Source: Myxococcota bacterium (GTDB taxonomy: Bacteria; Myxococcota_A; UBA9160; UBA6930). Taken from it: a DNA stretch of 64,000 nucleotides. The notes under the pieces are model-generated. The model made no database searches. It saw nothing but the letters and a program-made list of their open reading frames with translations, and was not told the DNA's origin. Below are positions 28,318-35,630 of this stretch, in pieces; position 1 is the first letter of the stretch, and every line of letters starts with the position of its first letter. Where the stretch lies: NCBI GenBank assembly GCA_965223415.1, contig OZ245002.1:4256001-4320000 (forward strand), written 5' to 3'. Position numbers and translations under genes: made by a program.

Positions 28318-28956
28318 CTAGGCGAGCTCCAGCAGGTTCCGGGCCAGGTCGACGCCGTCCTTCGCCTGGGCGCCCCAGCCGTCCGCGCCTTGGTCGTCGG
28401 CCCACTGCTGGGTCGTCACGCCTCCGCCGACGATCACCGGGTACTTGTCCCGGACCTTCATCTCCTGGAGCAGGTCGAGCAGCTCCGCGAACTTCTCGAG
28501 GGCCGGGGCGAAGACCACCGACACCGCGATCATGTCCGCGCCGCTCTTCTCCGCCGTCTCGTAGAAATCCCAGGGCGTGTTCTTCTCGCCCATGTCGATC
28601 ACGTCGAAGCCGCCGATCGAGAGCAGGGTTCCCACCAGGTTCTTGCCGATGTTGTGCTGGCTGAGGAGCGTGCCCAGCACGATCTTCCGATTGTTCTTCG
28701 GCGTCTCGCCCCGGGGAAGCGCCGCCTCGATCAACGGGATGCAGGTCTTGGCGGTCACGCCCGCGCGCACCAGGTCGAGCACGATGGCCTTGCGGGCGGC
28801 GAAGCGATCGCCCACGTCGCTCAGGCCCTGCATCACGCCTTCTTCGAGCAGCTGCATGGGGTCGAGGCCAGCGGCCAGGAGCTCGCGGGTCATCTCCGCG
28901 GCCGGCTCCGGCTGGGTCTCGCTCACCTTCCGTCGCAGGTCTCCGATCGTCGCCAT
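28318..28956 (-). CDS. Corrinoid (B12-binding) protein, MtmC/MtbC-like
   Basis: N-terminal cap (GLDPMQLLEEGVMQGLSDVGDRF), KIVLGT, HNIGKNLV, FDVIDMG, VIVGGGVTTQQWA and GADGWG. Confidence 0.88.
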   Translation of the reverse strand: MATIGDLRRKVSETQPEPAAEMTRELLAAGLDPMQLLEEGVMQGLSDVGDRFAARKAIVLDLVRAGVTAKTCIPLIEAALPRGETPKNNRKIVLGTLLSQHNIGKNLVGTLLSIGGFDVIDMGEKNTPWDFYETAEKSGADMIAVSVVFAPALEKFAELLDLLQEMKVRDKYPVIVGGGVTTQQWADDQGADGWGAQAKDGVDLARNLLELA

Positions 28957-28966
28957 TCATCCTCTC

Positions 28967-30325
28967 CTAGGCGTCGGTCCAGGTGGGGTAGTCCAGTCCG
29001 AGCTCCCGGAAGATCCGGGTGAACTTCCGGTACTGCAGGACGAGCTCCTCGCGGGGGCGGAGGGTCGTCAGGTCGTAGAGCTTGTCGAGCCCGACCGGGG
29101 GCGGAGTGGGCTCGCGCTCCGCCGCATTGATCTTTCGGATGATCTCCACGCCCTCTTGCGGAGTGAGGGTCGCGGCGGCCCGGGCGATCTCTCCCGCCCA
29201 GCGGCACTCGAGGCCCGTCGAGCCCCCTGCCAGCCACAGAGCCTCCATCCCGGAGATGCAGGCATTGATGCAGTGGGTGGCCGTGTCGTACCAGGCGTCG
29301 TCCGAGAAGGCGGCGCCGGGCTGGCCCGTACTGCCGAAGGAAACCCAGGGGAGCTTCAGGTTCCGCTCCGCCGCGAGCGCCGCCGCCGAGTTGCACCAGG
29401 TGATGTCGGCCCCGACGTAGCTGCCGTGGATCGACATCGACATGGCCTGGGTGAGTGCGCCGCCCGAGTAGCAGAGCATGCCCAGGGTGTGGGCGATGAT
29501 CTCGATGGCCGCCTGCTCCGGCCCGGTCACGTAGCCGTACATCGCCGGGGAGCTGCTCATCCATGGCTCGATGCCGTGTTGGTCGCCGAAGAAGGCCAGG
29601 TTGAAGCGGTCGTAGTTGATCCGCATGTCCTGGAGGGTCTGCACCGGCAGCGTGCAGTTCCGAGCGTTGTACATGCCGGGACCGAAGGTGCTCATCATCG
29701 CGAGCGGCGTCGTGGCGCTCATCGGGATGCCGAAGAAGAGGCCCGGCTTGCCTGCCCAGGCCGCCGCCTCGTTCATCGCGCGGGCCTCGGTCTGGCACAC
29801 GACGGTCTGGGCCGGCGTGTCGAGGATGTTCTTCAGCTCGCCCACGCCGAGCAACGGGATCGGGATCACGCCGTCGCAGGTCGGCTCCTGCATCGACGTC
29901 ATGGCGTAGAGCTTGTAGCGGTCGACGTTCTTGGTGAGCGCGCCCGCCGGGAACCAGGTGAAGGGATGCCGGGCGTCGCCCGGCGCCCGGGGCGAGAGGG
30001 TGATGGCCTCGCGCCCGGATCCCAGGGTGATCTCGTGGCGGGCGGCGGCGATGGCCTCGAGGACCTCCTCCTCGGTGAACTTGACGATCCGCCGGGTGTC
30101 CTTGCAGTAGAGGCCCACCTCGAGCAGCAGGTCGAGGCCCGCGCGGAAGATCGCGTCCGCCAGGTCGGGGTCGATCATCACCGGGTCTTCGCCGTTCCAT
30201 TCGATCCGGTGCCGGGCCTGCACCTCGGCCATGACGGTGGGGAAGAGCTCGGTCTCGAACTTCTCTTCGATCATGATCGGCCCGGTGCCCGAGCGCTCGA
30301 CCGCCTGCCAGAGGAGCTTGCCCAT
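28967..30325 (-). CDS. mtmB: Monomethylamine:corrinoid methyltransferase (MtmB) family protein lacking pyrrolysine
   Basis: GLYCKDTRRIVKFTEEEV (compare MtmB GIYCTDTHRIVKYTEDEI), AGKPGL, GPEQAAI, TGLECRWAGE and LYDLTTLRP; 452 aa with no in-frame amber codon. Confidence 0.8.
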   Translation of the reverse strand: MGKLLWQAVERSGTGPIMIEEKFETELFPTVMAEVQARHRIEWNGEDPVMIDPDLADAIFRAGLDLLLEVGLYCKDTRRIVKFTEEEVLEAIAAARHEITLGSGREAITLSPRAPGDARHPFTWFPAGALTKNVDRYKLYAMTSMQEPTCDGVIPIPLLGVGELKNILDTPAQTVVCQTEARAMNEAAAWAGKPGLFFGIPMSATTPLAMMSTFGPGMYNARNCTLPVQTLQDMRINYDRFNLAFFGDQHGIEPWMSSSPAMYGYVTGPEQAAIEIIAHTLGMLCYSGGALTQAMSMSIHGSYVGADITWCNSAAALAAERNLKLPWVSFGSTGQPGAAFSDDAWYDTATHCINACISGMEALWLAGGSTGLECRWAGEIARAAATLTPQEGVEIIRKINAAEREPTPPPVGLDKLYDLTTLRPREELVLQYRKFTRIFRELGLDYPTWTDA

Positions 30326-30336
30326 GGAGGTCTCCT

Positions 30337-31518
30337 TCAGCCCTGCAGGTAGCACTCGCCCTCGCGCATGCAGCGCATGAGGGCGGCGCATTCCTGGCCG
30401 ACGTAGCGGATGTGCTGGGGCAGCAGCCACGGCATCACGTCCACGATGTACCAGGAGAGATCCTCGGGGTCGCTGAAGGCGTCCTCCCACTGGATGTCGC
30501 TGGCATCGTGGTTGAGCAGCATCGCCCGGGCCTTGCCGCCGTCGTTGCCGAACAGGAAGACGCCGGAGGGATCGACGTGGAGGGGCAGGGGGCGCTTGAA
30601 CCAGTCTCCCAGCACACGCCAGGAGCGCGCGAAGTCCCGGGCCGGGAGCACGACCCGTTGGAGGAGGAAGGTGGCCGTACCCGCTTCGACCCCGAGACGC
30701 CGGGCCTCCTCCCGGTGTCGGCGCACGAGGGCCGTCGCTTCGAGGGGCCAGTCCGTGTAGACGTCGCAGCGCTGCAGCACGTAGGAGGCGAAGAGCTTGT
30801 CCTCGACGATCTCGAAGTCTGCCGACGCGAGGTTCGCGTCCCGCGCACCGGGGAGGAAGCACCGTTCGAAATCGTCGCGGGTGAAGTCCAGGAAGGCAGG
30901 GAACTCGTCCCTCGCCTCCTTCTCGCCATTCTCGAGGACCGGTGTCTCGACGGTCACCAGGGCGTTCAGCGCCACGGCGGCGCGCTCGCCGGGGGCGCTC
31001 TCCCGCTCGCTGCCGATCCGGAGCGCGAGGTTCAGGAGCTGGAGCCAGCCGTCGGCGACGCTGCTGGTGAAGATCGGGAAGCTCGTCTTGCGCGAGAGGA
31101 AGACCTTCCGCTCGGGGATTTCGGGCGCGGTCAGGCGGAGGCCCGTGCGCTCTCCGGACCGGAAGGGCAGGTCGCGGATCGACGCGGCCAGGTCGCCTTG
31201 AGGCTTCTCGCGCAGGTCCGATATCTGGACGTCCGACCGCAGGGCATCGACGGGGGTGGCGCCGAGCTCCGGCGAGAGCCGCCCACGAGGGCCCGCCAGC
31301 CGGCCGTCCTCGTCGAGGCCCTGCTTCCAGAGGACGACCAGGGCGTCGCCGGTGGCCTTCCGGTCGTCGCCCGCGAGCACCAGGTGGCGGACGTCCGGGT
31401 GCGCTGCCAGCTCTCGCAGCAGCTGCTCCAGCTCGGAGCGGGAGCCGAGCGGCGCCGAGAACGCGATGCGCTCTCCTTCGAGATGGGTGCCACAGACGAC
31501 GACGTCACGAGTGGGCAT
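30337..31518 (-). CDS. Fusion of MtrA-like, degenerate thymidylate synthase-like and DUF4346-like domains
   Basis: LAAHPDVRHLVLAGDD..TGDALVVLWKQGLDEDG (MtrA-like); SVADGWLQLL and LFASYVLQRCDVYTDWP (TS-like); DPSGVFL and HIRYVGQE (DUF4346-like). Confidence 0.6.
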   Translation of the reverse strand: MPTRDVVVCGTHLEGERIAFSAPLGSRSELEQLLRELAAHPDVRHLVLAGDDRKATGDALVVLWKQGLDEDGRLAGPRGRLSPELGATPVDALRSDVQISDLREKPQGDLAASIRDLPFRSGERTGLRLTAPEIPERKVFLSRKTSFPIFTSSVADGWLQLLNLALRIGSERESAPGERAAVALNALVTVETPVLENGEKEARDEFPAFLDFTRDDFERCFLPGARDANLASADFEIVEDKLFASYVLQRCDVYTDWPLEATALVRRHREEARRLGVEAGTATFLLQRVVLPARDFARSWRVLGDWFKRPLPLHVDPSGVFLFGNDGGKARAMLLNHDASDIQWEDAFSDPEDLSWYIVDVMPWLLPQHIRYVGQECAALMRCMREGECYLQG

Positions 31519-32179
31519 GACGATCCTCCTGGCCTCTGCGGGTGCAGAAGGCACGGATGAACTGGTCTTCCAGCCGTTCGAGCACGGCTTCGTGGGCCGC
31601 CTCCAGGCCCTGCTCGACCCAGTGGGTCAGCTCCACCTGCTTGAGGGCGAGCATCTTGCGGACCAGCAGGTCCGGGTCGTCCGGGACGTAGAGGCCCTCT
31701 GCGATGCCGCGTTCGAACAGCGCGCGCGGGATCGCGGCGCCCTCGTCCCAGATCGGCGACTCCCCGGCCGCGTTGGCGAGCCTCGACGCCCAGCCGTAGC
31801 CGTCGCGGCTGCACATTCGCAGGAAGTCCGGGCGCTCGAGGAAGTAGCGGGCGCCTTCCCGCAGCACCGCCAGGTGGGCGGGGAGGGTGTCCGCGTGCGC
31901 GTCGTGGGCGGCTCGTATGCAGGCGAGGAATTCGCGCATCCGCACCCGGTGGATCTCGCGGAAGAGCGAGTCCTTTCCGTCGATGACGCCGTAGAGGGTC
32001 CCGAGGGACACGCCGGCCTCGGCCGCGATGTCCCGCATGCGGGAGCCGTCGGCACCCTTGGCGCCGAACACGCGCTCGGCGGCGGCGGCGACCGCCTCGC
32101 GGTAGACCGATGCGCGCTCCTCGCGCATGCGCTGCTGGATCGGTGCGCTGCGGGTCTTCGCGGGGGCTCTCCGGGCCAT
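31505..32179 (-). CDS. TetR/AcrR family transcriptional regulator
   Basis: AAERVFGAKG...RMRDIAAEAGVSLGTLY...KDSL. Confidence 0.9.
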   Translation of the reverse strand: MARRAPAKTRSAPIQQRMREERASVYREAVAAAAERVFGAKGADGSRMRDIAAEAGVSLGTLYGVIDGKDSLFREIHRVRMREFLACIRAAHDAHADTLPAHLAVLREGARYFLERPDFLRMCSRDGYGWASRLANAAGESPIWDEGAAIPRALFERGIAEGLYVPDDPDLLVRKMLALKQVELTHWVEQGLEAAHEAVLERLEDQFIRAFCTRRGQEDRHAHS

Positions 32180-32187
32180 GAATCCGG

Positions 32188-32216
32188 ATTCTATTACATT
32201 AGAACCAGAATTTCAA
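32188..32216 (-). promoter_or_regulatory. Sigma70-type promoter of the tetR operon, overlapping an imperfect inverted repeat (probable operator)
   Basis: The minus strand reads TTGAAA-N17-TAGAAT-N8-ATG, with a TTCTA-N6-TAGAA dyad in an AT-rich patch. Confidence 0.75.
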
Positions 32217-32830
32217 TCGGCGACGGCGAACACCAGGAAGCTCTGCCGATCCAGGAAGGTGTGGTCGGCGTCGAGGCGGTAGCCCGCCTCGACGAGGGCG
32301 GAGACGATGGCGTCCTTGTCCGTGGCGTGGTTGCCGAGCAGCGACCAGCCGTCCCGGGGCGCGTACTCCACCACGGCGATCCGGGCTCCCGGCCGGAGGT
32401 GCGGCTTCAGGTTCGCGAAGTAGGCCGCCTGGTCCGGCAAGTGGTGGAAGGTGTTGCAGGTGAAGATCCAGTCGACGGGCTCCGGGAGCTTCGCGTCGTC
32501 CGGCGCGGCGAGGACTGCGCTCACGTTGGCAACGCCGTCCTCCTCGGCCTTGCCGGCGATGTAATCCGTCATGTCCGCGTCGATGTCCACCGCGTAGACG
32601 CGCCCCTCCGGCACCGCCGCGGCGAGGCGGAAGGTGAAGTAGCCGCCGCCCGCACCGAGATCCGCGATCAGGGCGTCCTCGGCGAAGCCGAGGCTCGCGA
32701 CCACCTGGGCCGGCTGCTGCCACTGGTCCCGGTCGCCCCCGGCGTACATGCGGCGCTTGAGCCAGCCGCAGCCGAGGCTTCCCGCGACCAGCGCGGTGAG
32801 CAGGGCGAGAGCGATCGCCCGTCGGGTCAT
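32213..32830 (-). CDS. Class I SAM-dependent methyltransferase, exported or lipoprotein
   Basis: RDQWQQP, IADLGAGGGYFT, VYAVDID and LRPGAR; LGC lipobox-like motif. Confidence 0.88.
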   Translation of the reverse strand: MTRRAIALALLTALVAGSLGCGWLKRRMYAGGDRDQWQQPAQVVASLGFAEDALIADLGAGGGYFTFRLAAAVPEGRVYAVDIDADMTDYIAGKAEEDGVANVSAVLAAPDDAKLPEPVDWIFTCNTFHHLPDQAAYFANLKPHLRPGARIAVVEYAPRDGWSLLGNHATDKDAIVSALVEAGYRLDADHTFLDRQSFLVFAVAD

Positions 32831-32840
32831 GTCCGTTCTC

Positions 32841-34025
32841 CTAGGCCGGGCGCAGGGTGTTCAGCTCGCGCGCGTTGTCGCGCAGGATCCTCTGGAGCGA
32901 GGCGGCATCGAAGCCCTCCAGCTCCTCCAGGTAGTCGAGAGGCTGGGGCATGCCCTCGATGTGGGGCCAGTCCGAGCCGAAGATCACGCGCTCGGGGCCC
33001 ATGATCTCCACGACCTCGTTCACGTCGTCTTCCCAGAACGGGTTGATCCAGACGTGCTCCTTGAAGAGCGCGCCCGGGTCCTCCTGGTAGTAGCCCGGGA
33101 TCTTGTCCGCGGACTGCTTCAGCTTGCGGAAGAGGTCCGGCAGGAACTCGGAGCCGTTCTCGACCGAGGCGATGCGCAGGTTCGGGAAGCGCTCGTACAT
33201 GCGGCCGTAGGACATGGTGATCAGCCAGTCGTAGGCGGCGCGCTCGATGTTGAAGGCCTTGATCGACGGGGTGTAGCCGCCGCCGTCGAAGCTCGCGCCG
33301 AAGCCGTCGCGGGTGTAGCCGTGGGTGGTGTAGCCGCTGTCGCCGGCGTGGACGACGGTGGTGATGCCCGCTTCGTTCACCCGCGCCCAGAAGGGATCGA
33401 AGCGCTCGTCGGCTGGGGAGAAGGTGCCATCGCGGGTCCAGACCGCCGCCGGCCGCATGGCGATGATCCGGGCGCCCCGGTCGAGGGCCCACTCCAGCTC
33501 GGAGACCGCGAAGTCCGTGTCGCAGAGGCTGATGTAGGGCGCGGCGAAGATGCGGTCCTTGTAGTGGCAGCCCCAGTCCTCGTCGATCCACCGGTTGAAG
33601 GCCCGGAACACCCACTCCACCGCCTGGGGGTCCTCCTTCAGGAGCTCCTCGTAGAGCACGCCCAGGGTGGGGAAGAGCCACATCGCCTCCAGGTCCTGCT
33701 CGTCCATCATCTGGATCCGGGCGTCGGCGTCCCGGTAGCAGGCGGGGATGGGCTCCCGCTCGCGCAGGTAGTGGACCGGGTGCTTCTTCTCCGGGTTGCC
33801 GCGGAAGAACTGGTGGAGGGCGCCGGGCTTCGCGATCGGGTCGAAGGTGGGGTTGACCACCGCGTGGCTCACCTTGCCGCCGACCACGTGGTACTGGCGC
33901 CCGTCGATTTCCGCCCACTGCACCGTGCGGGGCCCCGTCTTGGGGTCGAGATGGCGGGTGAAGGCGTCGAGAGCTTCGTAGTAGTGGTTGTCGGCGTCGA
34001 AGACCGGGTAGTCGACCGTGGGCAC
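32841..34025 (-). CDS. Amidohydrolase family 2 protein
   Basis: FDADNHYYE, LFPTLG, AFNRWIDEDW and IFGSDWPHIEG; GTG start with GAAGGAG RBS. Confidence 0.9.
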   Translation of the reverse strand: MPTVDYPVFDADNHYYEALDAFTRHLDPKTGPRTVQWAEIDGRQYHVVGGKVSHAVVNPTFDPIAKPGALHQFFRGNPEKKHPVHYLREREPIPACYRDADARIQMMDEQDLEAMWLFPTLGVLYEELLKEDPQAVEWVFRAFNRWIDEDWGCHYKDRIFAAPYISLCDTDFAVSELEWALDRGARIIAMRPAAVWTRDGTFSPADERFDPFWARVNEAGITTVVHAGDSGYTTHGYTRDGFGASFDGGGYTPSIKAFNIERAAYDWLITMSYGRMYERFPNLRIASVENGSEFLPDLFRKLKQSADKIPGYYQEDPGALFKEHVWINPFWEDDVNEVVEIMGPERVIFGSDWPHIEGMPQPLDYLEELEGFDAASLQRILRDNARELNTLRPA

Positions 34026-34064
34026 GGGGGGCTCTCCTTCGGGAGGCGAGGTTACCCTGGGGCC

Positions 34065-34598
34065 GTGCCTCGTGCCGACTGGAAGGTGTCCGCGCTGTGG
34101 AACGGCGCGCCCGCGGACCCGGAGGAGCACGCCGAGCTGCGGCTCGAGTGGGACGCCGAGGAGGCGGTGCTTCAGGTCGAGGCGCCCCTCCACGGCGACC
34201 CGGCACCGCCCGGCCCGCCGGGTCCGATGCCCGGCCTGTGGGAGTACGAGGTGGTAGAGCTGTTCCTGCTGGGGGAGGGTGAGCGCTACCTCGAGATCGA
34301 GGTCGGCCCCCACGGCCATCACTGGGTGCTGGAGCTGGAGGGCGCCCGGCAGGCCGTGCGGGAGGGCCTGCCCCTGCGCCTCGACGCCCGCATCGACGGT
34401 CCCCGCTGGCGAGCCGAGGCCCGCTTCCCCGCCGCCTGGCTCCCCCCCGGCCTCCACGCCGCCGCCGCCTACGCCATCCACGGCCGGGGCCGCGCCCGCC
34501 GCTACCTCTCCGCCTTCCCCCTCCCGGGCCGCGAGCCCGACTTCCACCAGCTCGCCGCCTTCCGCCCTCTCCGAATGAAGAAACGGGGCCAGAGTTAA
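34065..34598 (+). CDS. Hypothetical protein resembling UPF0462/C4orf33
   Basis: APLHGDPAPP, LWEYEVVELF, YLEIEVGPHGHH, YAIHG and PDFH. Confidence 0.7.
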   Translation: MPRADWKVSALWNGAPADPEEHAELRLEWDAEEAVLQVEAPLHGDPAPPGPPGPMPGLWEYEVVELFLLGEGERYLEIEVGPHGHHWVLELEGARQAVREGLPLRLDARIDGPRWRAEARFPAAWLPPGLHAAAAYAIHGRGRARRYLSAFPLPGREPDFHQLAAFRPLRMKKRGQS

Positions 34599-34645
34599 GA
34601 ATTCAGTTTCTTCGAAACTGAATTCTTAACTCTGGCCCCGTTTCT
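34579..34645. repeat. REPIN-like long inverted repeat (32-bp arms, 3-nt loop)
   Basis: AGAAACGGGGCCAGAGTTAAGAATTCAGTTTC-TTC-GAAACTGAATTCTTAACTCTGGCCCCGTTTCT. Confidence 0.88.
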
Positions 34646-34693
34646 GATCCCCGCGGGGTTTGACAGCGAGGTGGGGGTTCCGAGGCTTCGGGC

Positions 34694-34846
34694 ATGTTCA
34701 GTCCCAACGACGAGCCGACCGGAAGCCGCCCGGAGCCGGGAGCCGCCGAGCCGATGGACGCGGCGGTCCATACCTGGGACCCGACGCTCTGGGCCCTCTA
34801 CCTGACCGAGCTGGCCCAGCGTCAGAGCAGGGAGCGGATGAACTAG
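34694..34846 (+). CDS. Small hypothetical protein (50 aa), absent from the ORF track
   Basis: MFSPNDEPTGSRPEPGAAEPMDAAVHTWDPTLWALYLTELAQRQSRERMN*; strong G/C bias at third codon positions; TTGACA at 34660. Confidence 0.55.
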   Translation: MFSPNDEPTGSRPEPGAAEPMDAAVHTWDPTLWALYLTELAQRQSRERMN

Positions 34847-34868
34847 GCCCGAACTAGGCTCCGGGGCC

Positions 34869-35627
34869 ATGTCGCTGGAAGGACGCGTTGCGCTGGTAAC
34901 CGGAGGCGGCCGGGGCGCGGGCCGGGCCATCGCCCTGGGGCTGGCCGAAGACGGCGCCGACGTCGCGGTGAACTACCGCCGGGACGAGGGGGCCGCCCGC
35001 GAAGCCGTCGCGGCCATCCAGGCGTTGGGGCGCAAGGCCGCCGCCTACGCCGCCTCGGTGGACGACTACGACGCCGACGCCGCCATGGTCGACGGGGTGC
35101 TGAAGGACTTCGGCCACGTCGACATCCTGGTGAACAACGCGGGCATCGCGAGCCGCGGCCACAGCGTGCTGAAGACCGACCCCGCAGAGCTCGAACGGGT
35201 CGTCCGCACCCACGCCTTCGGCCCCCACCACCTGAGCCAGCTGGTGCTCCCCAGCATGCGTGAGCGCCCGAGGGGCGACATCGTGATGATCTCCAGCGTC
35301 GCCACCCTCCACCACGGCGCGGGCGGCGCGCCCTACAACATGGGCAAGGCCGCCATGGAGGCTCTGGCCTTCACCCTCGCGAAGGAAGAGAAGCGCCACG
35401 GCATCCACGTGAACATCGTCGCTCCGGGGCTGATCGAGACCGAGATGGGCCGCCGGCTGATGAAGGCCACGGCGGGCGTGGAAGATCTCCGCAGCCTCGA
35501 CGCCGGCATGCCCTTCGGCCACGTGTGCACGCCGGAGGAGGTCGCCGCGGTGGTGCGCTTCCTCGTCTCCGACGCGGCCAGCTACGTCACGGGCGAGAAG
35601 ATCAACGTGCACGGGGGAGGCTCCTAG
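34869..35627 (+). CDS. SDR family oxidoreductase
   Basis: TGGGRGAG, NNAG and YNMGK. Confidence 0.92.
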   Translation: MSLEGRVALVTGGGRGAGRAIALGLAEDGADVAVNYRRDEGAAREAVAAIQALGRKAAAYAASVDDYDADAAMVDGVLKDFGHVDILVNNAGIASRGHSVLKTDPAELERVVRTHAFGPHHLSQLVLPSMRERPRGDIVMISSVATLHHGAGGAPYNMGKAAMEALAFTLAKEEKRHGIHVNIVAPGLIETEMGRRLMKATAGVEDLRSLDAGMPFGHVCTPEEVAAVVRFLVSDAASYVTGEKINVHGGGS

Positions 35628-35630
35628 CCG

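Noticed and set aside
28967..30325. Pyrrolysine recoding in the MtmB-like gene
   Set aside because: There is no internal in-frame TAG, and no pyl genes are in the window.
30337..31518. Functional thymidylate synthase (thyA)
   Set aside because: The catalytic PC motif and canonical RSxD are not recognisable, and the domain is shortened.
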